Below the pieces are notes generated by a model. It ran no database searches, was not told where the DNA came from, and worked only from the letters and a program-made list of their open reading frames with translations. The position numbers and the translations under genes were made by a program. A stretch of 64,000 bases of DNA, from contig CAWHIJ010000003.1 of NCBI GenBank assembly GCA_963829525.1, positions 128,001 to 192,000 on the forward strand. The letters are read 5' to 3'. Position 1 is the first letter of the stretch; the number at the start of each line of letters is the position of its first letter. Of the stretch, positions 41,126-48,819 are shown piece after piece. Source of the stretch: an uncultured Actinomycetota bacterium. Its GTDB lineage: Bacteria; Actinomycetota; Actinomycetes; JAHEKZ01.

Positions 41126-41468
41126 CGCCGGCGACCGATTCGACAGCAGCTAACTCGTCGTGGTGAAGGTCGAACACGGTGTCCATGCCGGTGAGGTGCA
41201 GGATCTTACGAATAGCTCCGTCGGGCACTACAAAGGCCAGTGCCACATCGGCCTCACGGCAGCGACGTTGACAGCCCACCAGCTCACCGATGCCTGTCGA
41301 GTCGATGAAGCCTACGCCGCGTAAGTCGACCACGATGCCGGCGTCCGCCGCGGTCTCGGCAGCGATCAGACCCTCACGGAACTGCTCCGAGGTGGCGAGG
41401 TCGACCTCGCCCTGGGGCGCAACTACGACTGTAGTTCCGACATTTCTCTGCCAGATCTTCAAGTTCAC
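41118..41468 (-). CDS. STAS-domain anti-anti-sigma factor (RsbV-like)
   Basis: GEVDLATS, VDLRGVGFIDSTGIG (phospho-Ser motif), LHLTGM. Confidence 0.9.
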   Translation of the reverse strand: MNLKIWQRNVGTTVVVAPQGEVDLATSEQFREGLIAAETAADAGIVVDLRGVGFIDSTGIGELVGCQRRCREADVALAFVVPDGAIRKILHLTGMDTVFDLHHDELAAVESVAGDE

Positions 41469-41477
41469 AGTAGGACC

Positions 41478-41504
41478 CTACCCGGCGTGTGAAGACGGCA
41501 AACC
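41478..41504 (-). promoter_or_regulatory. SigB/SigF-type promoter of the STAS-anti-sigma-sigma operon
   Basis: Minus strand GGTTT-N16-GGGTAG, 9 nt before GTG 41468. Confidence 0.72.
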
Positions 41505-41514
41505 TGCCTCCGGA

Positions 41515-41541
41515 GGTTTTCTTCCGAGCCTGCGCGGGTAC
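41515..41541 (+). promoter_or_regulatory. SigB/SigF-type promoter
   Basis: GGTTT-N16-GGGTAC upstream of the 43-aa ORF. Confidence 0.72.
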
Positions 41542-41573
41542 AAGCGCCTTACAACTTCCCGAGGAGGACCGCA

Positions 41574-41705
41574 ATGGCTTTGTTCCGCACCGTCTCCCGC
41601 ATTTCCATGGTCGTGAGCGCCGCGCTCGGCGCCTGGCGGCTGTGGCAGACCTGGCGCCAACGCCACCAGACGCCTACATCACCCCTGGCCACCTCCGACG
41701 TTTGA
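41574..41705 (+). CDS. 43-aa small protein (not in ORF track)
   Basis: MALFRTVSRISMVVSAALGAWRLWQTWRQRHQTPTSPLATSDV. RBS GAGGAGG at 41561-41567 and its own promoter. Confidence 0.65.
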   Translation: MALFRTVSRISMVVSAALGAWRLWQTWRQRHQTPTSPLATSDV

Positions 41706-41725
41706 TCCAGGCATCCTGCGGGTAA
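41699..41725 (+). promoter_or_regulatory. SigB/SigF-type promoter
   Basis: CGTTT-N16-GGGTAA upstream of the GPGG protein. Confidence 0.65.
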
Positions 41726-41786
41726 TCCCTGCCTGACATTGATTCTCAAAAAAGAGCGTCTGAAGAAACCGTCCTTGGGAGACCTC

Positions 41787-41930
41787 ATGGAGATGCTGTT
41801 GTGGATCGTGGCCGTCATCTTGGTAGTGAGCGGCATCGTGGCCCTCGTCCGAGGTTCTGTTCTTTGGGGAGTCGTCCTGATCATCGTCGGACTGCTCGTC
41901 GGCCCCGGTGGTGTCAGCCTCTTCACCTAG
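41787..41930 (+). CDS. GPGG-motif small membrane protein (47 aa)
   Basis: MEMLLWIVAVILVVSGIVALVRGSVLWGVVLIIVGLLVGPGGVSLFT. RBS GGGAG. Confidence 0.85.
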   Translation: MEMLLWIVAVILVVSGIVALVRGSVLWGVVLIIVGLLVGPGGVSLFT

Positions 41931-42049
41931 CCCACCGCACTTTCACCGAAGAAAACGATCATCGAGGACAGGCACAGCACGAACGACTGACTGAGCAGCA
42001 CAACTGAACAGCACAACAGCCAGGTCACCGCAAGGAAAGAGGGCGTCTG

Positions 42050-43090
42050 ATGCAATACGGAGCAGTTCTCGACGACGAGCAGCTGGCGTCGTCCGCTCTG
42101 CCACCACCGCGTGGACCACTCACTGATGCTCTCTTCGACCTGCTGACGCGTGACGCGCATCGCCCGCGGTTGGTGCTGCCACGTGTCGAGGACGGGGACG
42201 ACGACCCGCTCTACGGCGACGACTCCGCTCTCGCTCTCTACGCCCTTTACGAGCTGCACTACCGCGGCTTCGACGGCGTCGACGTGGCATGGGAGTGGCA
42301 GCCAGACTTGCTGGCCTGGCGAGGAGAGCTTGAGCAAGCGGTGGTCGCCAGACTGCACGAAGAGGTTGGAGCGCTACCGGATCGACCGCAGATTCCCGAC
42401 GCACTCCACGCGCTCATGGAGGATGCCGACGGTCCGAGTCTCTCTCGGTTTCTGCTGGAGACCGGCACCGTTGACCAGTTCCGCGAAATGGCGAAACACC
42501 GCTCCATCTACCAACTCAAAGAAGCCGACCCACATACCTGGATCATCCCCCGCCTCACCGGCCATCCGAAGGCTGCTGCTGTCGAAATCCAGTCAGACGA
42601 GTACGGCGACGGGGTCGCCCGCGACATGCACCAGAACCTCTTCGGGCTCACCATGAGTGAGCTCGGCCTAGATCCTTCGTACCACGCCTACCTTCCCGCT
42701 ATCCCGGGTTGGACGCTGGCCGGAGTCAACGCCGTCAGTCTCTTCGGCCTGCACCGAAGGTGGCTCGGCGCTGCCGTGGGACACCTGGCCATGTTCGAGA
42801 TGACCTCGGTCGAGCCGATGGGCGCCAGCGCTGCGGCGCTGCGGCGGCACGAGTTCGGCGCCGACGCGCGCCACTTCTACTCGGTCCACGTCGTTGCCGA
42901 TGCGCACCACCAAACCGTCGCCGCCGACCAGCTCGCCAAGGGGCTCGTGGACCAGCATCCCGACCTTGCCCACGACGTGCTCTTCGGCGCAGCCGCTGTC
43001 ATGGCGTTGGAAGGCGAAGCTGCGAGGCGGATGATGGCGGCCTGGGAGCGCGACCAGTCGTCGCTGCGTCCCGAGCAATCCGCGTTCTAG
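42050..43090 (+). CDS. Iron-containing redox enzyme (heme-oxygenase-like) family protein
   Basis: LYELHYRGF, HRSIYQLKEADPH, EIQSDEYGDG, FEMTS, HVVADAHH. Confidence 0.82.
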   Translation: MQYGAVLDDEQLASSALPPPRGPLTDALFDLLTRDAHRPRLVLPRVEDGDDDPLYGDDSALALYALYELHYRGFDGVDVAWEWQPDLLAWRGELEQAVVARLHEEVGALPDRPQIPDALHALMEDADGPSLSRFLLETGTVDQFREMAKHRSIYQLKEADPHTWIIPRLTGHPKAAAVEIQSDEYGDGVARDMHQNLFGLTMSELGLDPSYHAYLPAIPGWTLAGVNAVSLFGLHRRWLGAAVGHLAMFEMTSVEPMGASAAALRRHEFGADARHFYSVHVVADAHHQTVAADQLAKGLVDQHPDLAHDVLFGAAAVMALEGEAARRMMAAWERDQSSLRPEQSAF

Positions 43091-43094
43091 CCTT

Positions 43095-44204
43095 TCAGAT
43101 CTCGACATCTTCCTCAGGCATCGGCTCCACGGCTCGCGTCACTCGGAGGGCAACGAGGGCGACGTCGTCCTCAAGATCCTCCGCTACGAATGCCCTTAGA
43201 TCGGCCAGGATGCCGTCGGCACACTCCTCGACCGACGCCGCCTTCACCGCAACCCGCACCAATGAATCAGCAACCCCGAAGAACTCTCCGCGCGCATTGC
43301 GAGCGTCGGACAGGCCGTCGCTGTACATCAGCACCACATCATTGCGCCGCAGCCGAAGTGAGGCCACCACAGGCGTGTTGCTCCCGGAGATGAGGGAGAG
43401 TGGGGGGACGGGATCCACCTCGAGCTCACGGGCGTAACCGTCCCGAAGCAACAACGGCGGCGGATGGCCCGCGGACACATAGTGCAGCTGATCGACACAG
43501 AACTCGGCCACCAATGCCGTGACGAAGTCGGCGTCGGCGACCTCGCGGGCCACCGAGGCATTCATCCGACCAATGAGATCACCGAGGTCTTCTTCGATAA
43601 ATGCCCATTCGCGGAAGGCACCAACCGCTATGGAGGACGACAGGACGGCCGGAAGCCCCTTCCCTCGCGCATCCGCCACGAGCACACGGAGCCCGAACGG
43701 TGTGAGGACTGCCTCATAGGCGTCCCCCCCGATGTTCGCCTCCATCGATGCCGATACATAGCGCACAGCGGCATCCACCCCGTCCGCCTGCGGCGGATCC
43801 ATGCGCATGATCGCCCGCTGTGCGGTCTTGGCCACCTCACCGACAGCGAAGAGGAGGTTGGCCTCCTTCATGCGTGACTGCGCCGCCACGATGCCTACGA
43901 CAGTGGAGGTCAGCATCGCGGCGATCCTGGCGTCCTGTGAGACGTCCCATGCCACACCGAGCCAGAAGGATCCGAGCACAAAGGCAAGGGCGGCGAACCC
44001 AGCCGCCATCGCGACCCGCACGGCGCGCTGCACCAGAACCGCGGCCAACATCGGAGACACCGCGAGCAGCCCAAACACGGGCTGGCTGGTCTCTTCGGCT
44101 GCGACGATATTGAAGAGGGTGACCGAAACGGTGAACGCGGTGCTTGCCTGCATACCTCGGTCGCGGTACCACGGCTGGACGCGGCGTGACTTCTGAGAGA
44201 TCAC
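43095..44204 (-). CDS. Membrane-anchored PP2C/SpoIIE phosphatase (RsbU-like)
   Basis: N-terminal TMs, IGGDAYE, VADARGKGL, SAGHPPP, YSDGLSDAR, EDDVALV. Confidence 0.88.
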   Translation of the reverse strand: MISQKSRRVQPWYRDRGMQASTAFTVSVTLFNIVAAEETSQPVFGLLAVSPMLAAVLVQRAVRVAMAAGFAALAFVLGSFWLGVAWDVSQDARIAAMLTSTVVGIVAAQSRMKEANLLFAVGEVAKTAQRAIMRMDPPQADGVDAAVRYVSASMEANIGGDAYEAVLTPFGLRVLVADARGKGLPAVLSSSIAVGAFREWAFIEEDLGDLIGRMNASVAREVADADFVTALVAEFCVDQLHYVSAGHPPPLLLRDGYARELEVDPVPPLSLISGSNTPVVASLRLRRNDVVLMYSDGLSDARNARGEFFGVADSLVRVAVKAASVEECADGILADLRAFVAEDLEDDVALVALRVTRAVEPMPEEDVEI

Positions 44205-44286
44205 GGCTCGAGGATTGTGTGCAGGTCCTCGCCCGTCAAGAGGGGGCCCGTCAGTCCGTACGTCTTTAGCTTCTGGTCACCGGGGC

Positions 44287-45174
44287 TCATGGCGATGTCT
44301 GAACGTTGGGAACACACACCAGTAGCGCATCCGGTTCGGCGCGTACCTTCAGACGCTTCGTCTTGACTCGGTCACCACCGTCAACCTGGTACAACCTGCT
44401 CGACTTCAGTCCGATGTCAATCTTGCGCGCCGATGTCATCTCGACGTACTTCGCGCGGGCAGTCTTTCCAATTGCTGCGCGTCCCAGCACTCTCGCCCAC
44501 TGCGTTGGACTGGTTGCGGTTATGACAGCCACGTCAAGTTTTCCGTCATGAGGGGTCGCGTCGTCAAACGCATCAATCCCGCCGAGAACACGTCCCACGT
44601 TCCCTACGATCACGCATCCAGCCTTGCCGGAGAAGAACTTCACTCCGTCAACCTCGACGCGGACCTTGACCACAGCGCTGTTGACATTCCTGATACCGGT
44701 TAGCACATAGGCGCCACGTCCGAGACGATCCTTCAAGCCCCCGTCAGCGTCACGAATCATCAACGCATCGGCGCCGACACCGGCCATCACCCCGAAGCGC
44801 TCGCCGTTGATTCGACCCACGTCAACCGACCGCACGTCCCCAACCAATCCAACCTCAACGGCCTGCTTGAGGTCGACCGGGATTCCTAGGTTGCTCGCGA
44901 ACAGGTTGCCGGTTCCCGCCGGAAGCACTGCCATTGCGACACCTGTCCCAGCCAAAAGGTTCAGACTGCGCTGGACCGTTCCGTCGCCTCCCCATACGAA
45001 GACCCGTTCCACCCCAGCGTCAATCGCTTTCTGAACGTACTTAGGAGCCTTCTTGCTCTTGGGCACCTCGAACCACAGGGGATCGGTGATGCCGTACCGC
45101 GCAAAGACCTCGCGCAGCTCGGCTAACCCTCCGTCGAGTGACTTCCTATTGTGTGCCACGACGGCGATCTTCAT
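44287..45174 (-). CDS. Diacylglycerol/lipid kinase family protein
   Basis: WGGDGTV, LPAGTGNLFA, MAGVGADA, YQVDG. ATGA overlap with the upstream PAP2. Confidence 0.88.
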   Translation of the reverse strand: MKIAVVAHNRKSLDGGLAELREVFARYGITDPLWFEVPKSKKAPKYVQKAIDAGVERVFVWGGDGTVQRSLNLLAGTGVAMAVLPAGTGNLFASNLGIPVDLKQAVEVGLVGDVRSVDVGRINGERFGVMAGVGADALMIRDADGGLKDRLGRGAYVLTGIRNVNSAVVKVRVEVDGVKFFSGKAGCVIVGNVGRVLGGIDAFDDATPHDGKLDVAVITATSPTQWARVLGRAAIGKTARAKYVEMTSARKIDIGLKSSRLYQVDGGDRVKTKRLKVRAEPDALLVCVPNVQTSP

Positions 45175-45932
45175 GAGGTGCTCTTCTCCAGCTCGGCGGA
45201 CTTGGGGGCACGATGGCGGGGGGCTGTGGACCCTATCCACGCGCGCACCGCAAGGATTGCCAACACGACGCTGGCGATTCCTATCAAGAAGCCGACCGCG
45301 ACATCGGTCGGATGATGCATCCCTCGGTAGACACGGGATGCCGCCACGATGGGGCCCACCAGCACCGCCACGATCCACGCAAACCACCGCACCGCCGTCG
45401 ATCGAATGTTCCAGCCGACAAGGACCGCCAAAGTCAGCGCCAAAGCTGTTGCGGCTGCGGTATGACCTGACGGATACGACGAGGTTGGGGGCGAGACATC
45501 GAGTTGCTCAACGTTCGGCCGGTCCCGCGGGACCAGGAGTGTTGTTGCGACAAACACTGAGACCTCGATAAGAAGTGCTGTTGCCAGCAGCAAGACCGAC
45601 GCCCAGCGACGCGCAATCAGAAACCCGATACCGACCAGAATCGCGATGGCAATTACTGTCAGGGTTTCCCCGAGACTGCTGCCGACCAGGGACCACGCTT
45701 CCCCCATCTCGGTGCGAGTCTTTTCGATGTCTTCCGGCAGAGTGCGATCCCACTGCAACAAAGAGCTATCGGCCAACGGGCCGGTAATGAGGACTCCAAC
45801 CCCCGCAATGAATCCAAGAAGGAGCAGCCAACCGCACGAGATCGTGATCCAGAAGCGGCCCCAGCGCCTCGCGGCTTCCTCACTGAGCTCGGGCTCGACG
45901 AATCGGTCTGAGTCGGCAGGAATTGGCGTCAC
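45171..45932 (-). CDS. PAP2-family phosphatase 1
   Basis: RDRP, SSYPSGH, SRVYRGMHHPTDV. Confidence 0.85.
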   Translation of the reverse strand: MTPIPADSDRFVEPELSEEAARRWGRFWITISCGWLLLLGFIAGVGVLITGPLADSSLLQWDRTLPEDIEKTRTEMGEAWSLVGSSLGETLTVIAIAILVGIGFLIARRWASVLLLATALLIEVSVFVATTLLVPRDRPNVEQLDVSPPTSSYPSGHTAAATALALTLAVLVGWNIRSTAVRWFAWIVAVLVGPIVAASRVYRGMHHPTDVAVGFLIGIASVVLAILAVRAWIGSTAPRHRAPKSAELEKSTS

Positions 45933-45939
45933 ACTGGAT

Positions 45940-45966
45940 GTATACCCAGGAGTTCCACGGGTAAAC
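45940..45966. promoter_or_regulatory. Overlapping back-to-back SigB/SigF-type promoters
   Basis: Minus: GTTT-N15-GGGTAT, then GTG 45932. Plus: GTAT-N15-GGGTAA, then ATG 45975. Confidence 0.6.
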
Positions 45967-45974
45967 ACTCTCGT

Positions 45975-46787
45975 ATGACGCCACTGCTGTTGACCCTCGT
46001 GGTCGCCGCCGCCGCCGCTTCCGCCACTTATGGCGCCCTAGCTCTCTGGCGGGCTCACCACCCTGGGAGCGGCTTCGCAGGTAGCGAACCAGACGCGATG
46101 GAAGAAGTCAGCGAGCCAACCCGCGTCTTGGGTACTGGTGTCGCCCTGGCGATCTTGGCAATCGCGGGGCTCTTCCTGGGCGGCCTGGTGCGAGAGATTG
46201 AGCGCGGAACGGCCCTCGTCCGCTGGGACGACCGCGTTGAACGGTGGGCATCTGACAACGCAGGAAACCTGGGGAGCGACGCGCTGAGATTGATTACCCA
46301 CCTCGGCGACACCCTCGTGGTCGTGATCTTGGCCACACTTGCCGCCGTGAGTCTGATCGCCATTCGGCGGCGGAGGCTCGCTCTCTTCGTCGTCATCGTG
46401 GTGTTTGGCCAGTGGGCACTGGCCAACCTCATCAAGGAAGTGACAGCACGGGCGCGCCCGGCCCTTGACCCCCTTGCGCCCTTCAGTGGCTATTCCTTCC
46501 CGTCCGGGCACTCGACAGCTGCGGCAGCCACCTATCTGGCACTCGCCCTCGTGCTGGTGGCGACTCGTCCTGGCTGGGACACGCGACTTGTGGTGTCGGG
46601 AGCTGTCGGCCTCGGCGCCGCGGTAGCGGCGAGTCGCACCCTGCTTGGCGTCCACTGGTTCAGCGACGTCCTAGGAGGCCTCGTTCTCGGCTGGGCATGG
46701 TGCTTCGTTTGCGCCTGGGCGGTGCAACTGACCGACACCCGCAACGGATCAGAAGACCGCGTCGCCTACCGTGTCAAGCATGAATAG
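45975..46787 (+). CDS. PAP2-family phosphatase 2
   Basis: KEVTARARP, YSFPSGH, SRTLLGVHWFSDV. Confidence 0.87.
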   Translation: MTPLLLTLVVAAAAASATYGALALWRAHHPGSGFAGSEPDAMEEVSEPTRVLGTGVALAILAIAGLFLGGLVREIERGTALVRWDDRVERWASDNAGNLGSDALRLITHLGDTLVVVILATLAAVSLIAIRRRRLALFVVIVVFGQWALANLIKEVTARARPALDPLAPFSGYSFPSGHSTAAAATYLALALVLVATRPGWDTRLVVSGAVGLGAAVAASRTLLGVHWFSDVLGGLVLGWAWCFVCAWAVQLTDTRNGSEDRVAYRVKHE

Positions 46788-46848
46788 AACACGCAGGGAA
46801 GGACCACTGCTGTGATCCCGCCCTGCGTGTTCGGGTCATCGATCAGAT

Positions 46849-47022
46849 CTAGCGCTTAACTGCGTCTTTGATCTTCTCGCCGGCCTGCTTGACGTCAGCC
46901 TCCGACTGCTCGGCGCGACCCTTGTTCTCCAGGTCACGGTTGTCGGTTGCGTCACCGATGGCCTCCTTGGCCTTGCCCTTGGCGCTCTCGGCCGCGTTAC
47001 GTGCCTTGTCATCCATTCCCAT
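46849..47022 (-). CDS. CsbD-family general stress protein
   Basis: MGMDDKARNAAESAKGKAKEAIGDATDNRDLENKGRAEQ...KIKDA. RBS GAGGAG. Confidence 0.9.
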   Translation of the reverse strand: MGMDDKARNAAESAKGKAKEAIGDATDNRDLENKGRAEQSEADVKQAGEKIKDAVKR

Positions 47023-47069
47023 ACTGGGGCTCCTCTCAGAACTCTCTGGATACCTTCCATCGAGAAGGA

Positions 47070-47096
47070 CATCCCCGCCACAGCGCTGGCCAAACC
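47070..47096 (-). promoter_or_regulatory. Probable SigB/SigF-type promoter of csbD
   Basis: Minus strand GGTTT-N16-GGGATG. Confidence 0.5.
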
Positions 47097-47163
47097 TGAT
47101 CGACGACTTTCCGTCGCACACACCAAAGAGCGGGCGAGCTGTAACACATCTGCGGCGCTCCAC

Positions 47164-47646
47164 TCACACACTGCCGGAGGTTGGTCGATGAGCCACGATC
47201 CCCGGGACCCTGACGCGTATCAACAGGCCACTGATCACGAGCGCTGCGATGATCACGGTGGGCACTGCCCATTCACCCAGATCGCCAGCAACTCTGACCG
47301 TTAGCTGACCACATCCAGCGGCTACAAGGCCGGCATACGACCACGTCATGCAATAGGCATGCATGTTGATCGGCAACGGTGACCGGCTGCCCATGAGCAT
47401 CGGCAAGAGCCCGGCCACGATCGTCAGCAGACTTACCACCGCCAGAGCGTGGAAGACGCCGAAGGTGGCATTGCGGTGTACAAATAGCGCGGCCACATCG
47501 ACCGCGACCAGGCAGACGACATAGACCGAGCCGGCCCCACGGTGCCGGCCGATGCCCTTCGGGAGCGCCAGAACCACCGCTCCTACCACCAGAGCAGTGA
47601 CTGCCGCCATGATGTGCCCAGCTGCAGCGAGCCCTTGCCAGTCCAC
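47164..47646 (-). CDS. DUF2306-like membrane protein
   Basis: HIMAA...PKG...HRGAGSVYV, FGVFHALA, HAYCMTWSYAGL. Start estimated. Confidence 0.65.
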   Translation of the reverse strand: MDWQGLAAAGHIMAAVTALVVGAVVLALPKGIGRHRGAGSVYVVCLVAVDVAALFVHRNATFGVFHALAVVSLLTIVAGLLPMLMGSRSPLPINMHAYCMTWSYAGLVAAGCGQLTVRVAGDLGEWAVPTVIIAALVISGLLIRVRVPGIVAHRPTSGSV

Positions 47647-47716
47647 GTCGATGATCAAACCACCCCGGAAACCTGACCGGCCCACACTTGAACCACCCGC
47701 AGGGTAGACAGGAGGA

Positions 47717-48355
47717 GTGTTGCCCCTCCTCGCCGTTGCGCTCGCGTCCTTCCTGACTCTCGCGCTGCTCGTGCAGGCCAGCCCGAGGGTGCGTGGCTGG
47801 GACCATTCAGTCGCCAGGTGGGTGGCCGAGGAGGTTTCGCCCAGCGCCGGCGGTCTCGCCCACGGGCTGACCCAGATCGGCAGCTCCCCCGTCTATATGG
47901 CGGTGTCCATGGTGGTCACCGTTGCCCTGCTGGTGACCCGACGCTTCCGGCTGGCCGGGTTCCTCGTGTGCGTCGTCCTCGGCCAATGGATGCTGTCCAA
48001 CCTCCTGAAGCACCTCTTCGAACGGGACCGTCCCACCATCGACCAGGTGGTCCATGCCTACGGCTACTCATTCCCCTCCGGGCACGCGACGGCGTCCGCT
48101 GCAGTGTTTCTGTCCCTTGCGCTCGTGGTTGCCGCAGTCCGGCCTCAGTGGAACAGGTCGCTGATCATCGGCTCAGCGATCGCCTTGGCAGTGCTCGTCG
48201 CCGGCACCCGGGTCGTCCTCGGCGTCCACTGGACGACCGATGTGCTTGCCGGTCTCGCTCTCGGTTGGACCTGGTGCCTGCTCTGCGCCTGGGTGTTCCG
48301 GGTGCTGCCCGTTCTGCTTACCGCTTCCACAAAGACAGCGACGGTGCGGATATGA
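47717..48355 (+). CDS. PAP2-family phosphatase 3
   Basis: KHLFERDRP, YSFPSGH, TRVVLGVHWTTDV. RBS AGGAGG. Similar to copy 2. Confidence 0.87.
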   Translation: MLPLLAVALASFLTLALLVQASPRVRGWDHSVARWVAEEVSPSAGGLAHGLTQIGSSPVYMAVSMVVTVALLVTRRFRLAGFLVCVVLGQWMLSNLLKHLFERDRPTIDQVVHAYGYSFPSGHATASAAVFLSLALVVAAVRPQWNRSLIIGSAIALAVLVAGTRVVLGVHWTTDVLAGLALGWTWCLLCAWVFRVLPVLLTASTKTATVRI

Positions 48356-48819
48356 GGTGGGTCCCCTACGTGGTCAGCGCGGTGGCAGTGGTGGTGACGC
48401 TCGCGGTCGCAGGCGCGGGTACCCGCCCGACCACTGACTGGTACGTCGACCTGGCCAAACCCTCATGGCAACCTGACCCATCGCTCATCGGTCTGGCATG
48501 GACGATCATCTACCCGCTGATCGCGATCGTTGGCGGATTCGTCTGGACCCAGCTCGAGGGGCGCGAACAACTGACGTGGGCTCTGCTGCTGACACTCAAC
48601 TTGGTGCTGAACGCCGCATGGTCGTGGGTCTTCTTCGTAGCTCAGGAGCCTTGGTGGGCTGTCGCCGAGATCACCTTGCTCCTCGTGAGCACCCTGGTGC
48701 TCGTAGCGATGGCCTGGCGCGCCGCACCATGGGCTGGCAGCGCGCTGCTTCTCTACGCAGCCTGGGCTGCGTTTGCCGGCTGGCTAACCTTCACGCTCGC
48801 CCGGTTGAACTCCGGGTGA
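48352..48819 (+). CDS. tspO: TspO/MBR-family tryptophan-rich sensory protein
   Basis: WYVDLAKPSWQP, AWTIIY, LNAAWSWVFF, LLYAAW. ATG 48352 overlaps the PAP2 stop. Confidence 0.85.
   Translation: MRWVPYVVSAVAVVVTLAVAGAGTRPTTDWYVDLAKPSWQPDPSLIGLAWTIIYPLIAIVGGFVWTQLEGREQLTWALLLTLNLVLNAAWSWVFFVAQEPWWAVAEITLLLVSTLVLVAMAWRAAPWAGSALLLYAAWAAFAGWLTFTLARLNSG

Noticed and set aside
47818-48351. Extended TspO ORF
   Set aside because: It overlaps PAP2-3 in another frame; the real start is ATG 48352
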